From: Muribaculaceae bacterium
Lineage (GTDB): Bacteria; Bacteroidota; Bacteroidia; Bacteroidales; Muribaculaceae
Length of the DNA: 64,000 bases
Direction: 5' to 3'
Assembly: GCA_017618355.1 (NCBI GenBank)
Contig: JAFZUL010000146.1
Span: 4,704 to 68,703 of the forward strand
Shown here in pieces: positions 60,335 through 64,000 of the stretch (positions are counted from its first letter, which is position 1; each line of letters starts with the position of its first letter). The translations under genes and the position numbers were made by a program. The notes under the pieces are model-generated. The model was given only the letters and a program-made list of their open reading frames with translations, was not told where the DNA came from and did no database searches.

Positions 60335-60347
60335 ACTAACCATAATC

Positions 60348-61289
60348 ATGAGCAAACGACTAGTTATAGCCTTGGGCGGTAACGCTCTGGGCAAGACTCC
60401 TCAGGAGCAACTCGAGTTGGTTAAGGGCACTGCCTCAACCATCGTTGACCTCGTTGAGGAAGGATATGACGTAGTGATTGGTCACGGCAACGGACCACAG
60501 GTGGGAATGGTGAACCTCGCTTTTGAGTACAGCGCCAACAATGGCGGCGGCACTCCAGCGATGCCCTTCCCCGAGTGCGGTGCCATGACTCAAGGCTACA
60601 TCGGTTATCACCTGCAGCAGGCAGTGGAGCGCGAGCTCGCACGCCGTGGCATCAACAAGCCATGCGCCGCTGTGGTTACTCAGGTGGTTGTTGACCCTGC
60701 CGACGCAGCTTTCCAGAATCCTACCAAGCCAGTGGGCATGTTCTATAGCAAGGAAGACGCCGACCGCATCGTTGCCGAGACTGGCTACACCTTTGTTGAA
60801 GATGCTGGCCGTGGCTACCGCCGCGTAGTGCCCTCGCCCATCCCTGTGAAGATTGTGGAGCTTCCCATCGTGGAGCAGCTCGTGGGTCTTCACAGCGTGG
60901 TTATCACTGTGGGCGGTGGCGGCATTCCTGTAATGGAAAAGGGTCCTGGCGACTATGAGGGTGTGGCAGCTGTCATCGACAAAGACCGCGCCAGCGCAAA
61001 ACTCGCGCTTGACCTCAATGCCGATATGCTGGTAATTCTGACCGCTGTTGAGAAGGTTTCAATCAACTTCAACAAGCCCGACCAGAAAGACCTCGACCGC
61101 ATGACCATCGCCGAGGCACGCCAGTACATCGCCGAGGGTCACTTCGCTCCTGGCAGCATGCTGCCAAAGGTGGAGTCGTGCATCAGCTTCGTGGAGAACA
61201 CCACTGGCGGCACAGCCCTCATCACCTCGCTCGAAAAAGCCCGTGAAGCCCTCAAAGGCAATACCGGCACAATCCTCGTGAAAGAGTAA
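60348..61289 (+). CDS. arcC: Carbamate kinase
   Basis: ALGGNA, HGNGPQVG, PTKPVG, RRVVPSP, VIDKD and GSMLPKV motifs. Confidence 0.96.
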   Translation: MSKRLVIALGGNALGKTPQEQLELVKGTASTIVDLVEEGYDVVIGHGNGPQVGMVNLAFEYSANNGGGTPAMPFPECGAMTQGYIGYHLQQAVERELARRGINKPCAAVVTQVVVDPADAAFQNPTKPVGMFYSKEDADRIVAETGYTFVEDAGRGYRRVVPSPIPVKIVELPIVEQLVGLHSVVITVGGGGIPVMEKGPGDYEGVAAVIDKDRASAKLALDLNADMLVILTAVEKVSINFNKPDQKDLDRMTIAEARQYIAEGHFAPGSMLPKVESCISFVENTTGGTALITSLEKAREALKGNTGTILVKE

Positions 61290-61307
61290 TAAACTCTATA
61301 TCATACC

Positions 61308-61340
61308 TCAGTGCGGACATCGGTTTGGTGTCCGCACTGA
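61308..61340 (+). terminator. Hairpin after arcC
   Basis: TCAGTGCGGACA...TGTCCGCACTGA. Confidence 0.65.
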
Positions 61341-61368
61341 TTTGCAACTAATATCTTGCAATGCACCG

Positions 61369-63195
61369 ATGTCAATTCTCACGAAAAAAGACATAGAAGG
61401 CAAACTACGCTCTGCAATAAGTTATCTCATGCGGCCTGTGCTGTGTGAGTTCAACTTCTTCCTGGCTGTGTGGCTCATCAACAGCAGCGCCACACTGGTC
61501 TATCTCGTGGGATGCTTCTACTTGCCAAACCACAACGCTTGGACAGGGTTGAGATGCCTGGCATTAGGCACTTTAATAGCCTATCTGCTCGCACTCATTC
61601 TGCACCTGCTGCAGCCACGATGGGCTCGCATCACCTTCAAGGTTCTATGCTACACCATACTCCTGACACTAGAGCTGATATATGTTTTCATTGCCCTTAA
61701 CTTCAACATGACGCTCGGTCCTCGAGTGTTAATACTCCTCGCCGAGACCAATGCGCAGGAATCATCGGAGTTTATCAAGACCTATTTTCTGAGTGTAATG
61801 AGTCAGTGGGCTTACGTCATTGACGTGGCAATATTGGCAGCAGTCACCGCTCTTGAATGGAAAAGAAAGTGGATCAACAAATTTGCCGCCAACAAGAAAT
61901 CCAAGATAATCATCACAGCTATAACATTGCCGCTATTGCTGTATGGTGCTTTTCTTTCCCCCAACTACGTCAAACTCCCTCTTTGCGAGCATTCCAAGCA
62001 GTTGAGCCAGTGGGAACAGGGCTTCAGTGTCAATGCTTTTGACCACCTGACCAGCACTTACTATTCTATGTGCTACATCAATGTGAGCGAGGCCGATATA
62101 AATCAGGCTATAGTGATGACACAAGCGGTAGCCTCCACTCCAGTCTCGGTCGCCGAGCCCGACTCTCTCAACGTGGTATTTGTGCTTGGCGAGAGCTACA
62201 TCAAGAGCCACTGCGCCCTCTATGGCTATGAGCATAACACCACCCCTAACATGCTTGCCGAGCGCGACCGTGGAAACCTCATCGTCTTCACCGACATGAT
62301 TTCCCCCTACAACTCTACCTATCAAGTTGAGAAGAACTGCTTCTCACTCAACGACATGTCGAGTGGCGAGATGTGGTATGAGAAACCCATTTTCCCCACA
62401 GTGTTCCGCCACGCGGGATTTAAAGTCTTTTTCTGGGACAATCAGCGCAACTACTCTAAGTCAGAACTTTACACTATCACCGTCAATGCTTTCCTTTATA
62501 ACGACGTTATCGCCAGCCTCAGCTACGACGAGACCTCAAGCGGAGAAATGGAAATCGACGGAAACCTGATAACTTATTTCCAGACCAAATCAAAGGTGCA
62601 ACCAGGAAAATACAACCTTTATATCTTCCATCTTATGGGACAGCACGTCAACCCGATAGGAAGATATCCCAGTAGCGGAGAATATAACGTATTCAATGCT
62701 GACTCGGTGAAGCGCGATGACGCATATCTCGACAAAGACAAACGCAGCTACATCGCCACCTACGACAATGCAACCTATTACAACGACGCTGTGATGAAAC
62801 GCATCTTCAACCTGTGGCGCAACAAGAACACCGTGGTGGTATATTTCCCCGACCATGGTGATGAAGCCTACGACTATCGCGACCACTGCGGACGACGCAC
62901 CGTAACCGACCCTGACGCACAACTCCTACACTGCCAGAACGACGTGCCATTCATCGTGTGGTGCAGCGACTATTACATTGCCCACCATCAAGAACTATAC
63001 AACCAACTCAAAGCTGCCGCCACGCGTCCAGGAATGATACAAGATGCCAAGCATCTACTGCTGCGACTCGCTGGCATTACTACTCCCTACTACCTGCCCC
63101 AGCGCGATATGTCAAGCCCACACTACAATCCACAAAGGCGCCTCGTCTATGGCAAATATGACTATGATGAGATAATAAAGCAGGGAAAACAATAA
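61369..63195 (+). CDS. Phosphoethanolamine transferase (EptA/CptA-like)
   Basis: N-terminal TM helices; VLGES, LYGY..NTTP, HLMGQH, YDNA..YND and DHG motifs. Confidence 0.88.
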   Translation: MSILTKKDIEGKLRSAISYLMRPVLCEFNFFLAVWLINSSATLVYLVGCFYLPNHNAWTGLRCLALGTLIAYLLALILHLLQPRWARITFKVLCYTILLTLELIYVFIALNFNMTLGPRVLILLAETNAQESSEFIKTYFLSVMSQWAYVIDVAILAAVTALEWKRKWINKFAANKKSKIIITAITLPLLLYGAFLSPNYVKLPLCEHSKQLSQWEQGFSVNAFDHLTSTYYSMCYINVSEADINQAIVMTQAVASTPVSVAEPDSLNVVFVLGESYIKSHCALYGYEHNTTPNMLAERDRGNLIVFTDMISPYNSTYQVEKNCFSLNDMSSGEMWYEKPIFPTVFRHAGFKVFFWDNQRNYSKSELYTITVNAFLYNDVIASLSYDETSSGEMEIDGNLITYFQTKSKVQPGKYNLYIFHLMGQHVNPIGRYPSSGEYNVFNADSVKRDDAYLDKDKRSYIATYDNATYYNDAVMKRIFNLWRNKNTVVVYFPDHGDEAYDYRDHCGRRTVTDPDAQLLHCQNDVPFIVWCSDYYIAHHQELYNQLKAAATRPGMIQDAKHLLLRLAGITTPYYLPQRDMSSPHYNPQRRLVYGKYDYDEIIKQGKQ

Positions 63196-63280
63196 ACCTG
63201 AGCCGTCATTTCTTACACCTAGGACACAAAAACAAAAGCCCGACAACCGTTGAAAATCAACCGATTATCGGACTTTGGGG

Positions 63281-63362
63281 TGCCCAAGAAAGGACTCGAA
63301 CCTTCACGCCTCGCGGCACACGCACCTGAAACGTGCGCGTCTACCAATTCCGCCACTTGGGC
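63281..63362 (-). tRNA. tRNA-Leu(CAG)
   Basis: GCCCAAGTGGCGGAATTGGTAGACGCGCACGTTTCAGGTGCGTGTGCCGCGAGGCGTGAAGGTTCGAGTCCTTTCTTGGGCA; long variable arm; -7 box TACCTTTG at 63509-63516. Confidence 0.96.
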
Positions 63363-63400
63363 TTTTTAATAAAATGCTCTCGCTCGGAAGACATTGCGCA

Positions 63401-63464
63401 AAATTAGTGCAAACCGAGAGCAAAGTCAAGCTTGCTTGGGCTTTGCCAAGGTGCCGCCTAATTT
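63401..63464. repeat. Palindromic dispersed-repeat (REP/MITE-like) element in the tRNA leader
   Basis: AAATTAG...GCAAAGTCAAGC-TT-GCTTGGGCTTTGC...CTAATTT. Confidence 0.55.
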
Positions 63465-63674
63465 ATCTAACCGCAGCCTTCTCTCGCTTAATCGCATTTT
63501 TGCGGTTGCAAAGGTAGTGATAATTTTTAAACTGGCAATATTTTTTGTGAAAAATCACGAAAAAAATGTTCCTAACGCCATTTTTTGCCTCATCATTAAG
63601 CATAATTGGCTAGAAAAGTAGTATCTTTGTAGGTTATTTCTCCCACAACGTGGGGTAATAATGATTATACTTTT

Positions 63675-64000
63675 ATGAGCGAAAACGAAATAAATAAAAA
63701 GAAGCAAGACGATGAGTCGATTATAGAGCAAGCGGCGAGTGAAGAGTATCGCTATGGCTTTGTGAGCGACTTTGAGACCGAAGTCATCCCCAAGGGCCTT
63801 AACGAAGACGTGGTGCGACGCATCAGCTCTCTCAAGAACGAGCCTGAGTGGATGCTGGAGTTCCGTCTCAAAGCGTTCCGCCATTGGCAGACGCTGAAAC
63901 TGCCCAAATGGGGCAAGGTGAATATGCCCGACATCGACTTCCAGGCCATTAGCTACTATGCCGCGCCACAGACCAAGACCAACGACAAAAAGGAGATAGA
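63675..64000 (+). CDS. sufB: Fe-S cluster assembly protein SufB, 5' part (runs off the window)
   Basis: Manual translation MSENEINKK...EYRYGFVSDFETEVIPKGLNEDVVRRIS..KNEPEWMLEFRLKAF...IDFQAISYYAAP. Confidence 0.93.
   Translation, partial: MSENEINKKKQDDESIIEQAASEEYRYGFVSDFETEVIPKGLNEDVVRRISSLKNEPEWMLEFRLKAFRHWQTLKLPKWGKVNMPDIDFQAISYYAAPQTKTNDKKEI

Noticed and set aside
63196-63362. Integrative element at tRNA-Leu
   Set aside because: No integrase, and I found no duplicate of the tRNA 3' end in the window.
63555-63949. Minus-strand ORFs at the right end
   Set aside because: Antisense to the sufB 5' fragment.

Overview
This window is chromosomal DNA from a Bacteroidales bacterium. The evidence is TAnnTTTG promoters, PorQ and T9SS-type C-terminal domains; a Muribaculaceae-like placement is inference only. 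The left ~27 kb is a cluster of large secreted proteins: two tandem GHL10 (YddW/DigH-like) hydrolases, a DUF4353 protein, a 1602-aa protein made of five unrecognised repeats, a metallophosphoesterase and a 2238-aa S8 protease. Five secreted proteins carry dockerin modules (mostly with an AA/AT + YN signature) and no T9SS CTD, and no cohesin is visible. The rest is housekeeping: cmk, ispH, wzc, porQ, cydAB, pfkA, menG, phoH, a dispersed arginine-to-glutamate pathway (arcA, arcB, arcC, rocD, pruA), an EptA-like transferase, tRNA-Leu(CAG) and the start of sufB. Two patterns stand out. (1) Two single-gene inserts, a four-helix-bundle gene and a GxxExxY gene, interrupt phoH-menG-pfkA. Each is bracketed by its own inverted short-repeat arms, and solo or empty copies of such arms lie at many other gene junctions. 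(2) There is a non-cellulosomal dockerin system attached to proteases and lytic-type enzymes. All calls come from reading the sequence; no searches were run.
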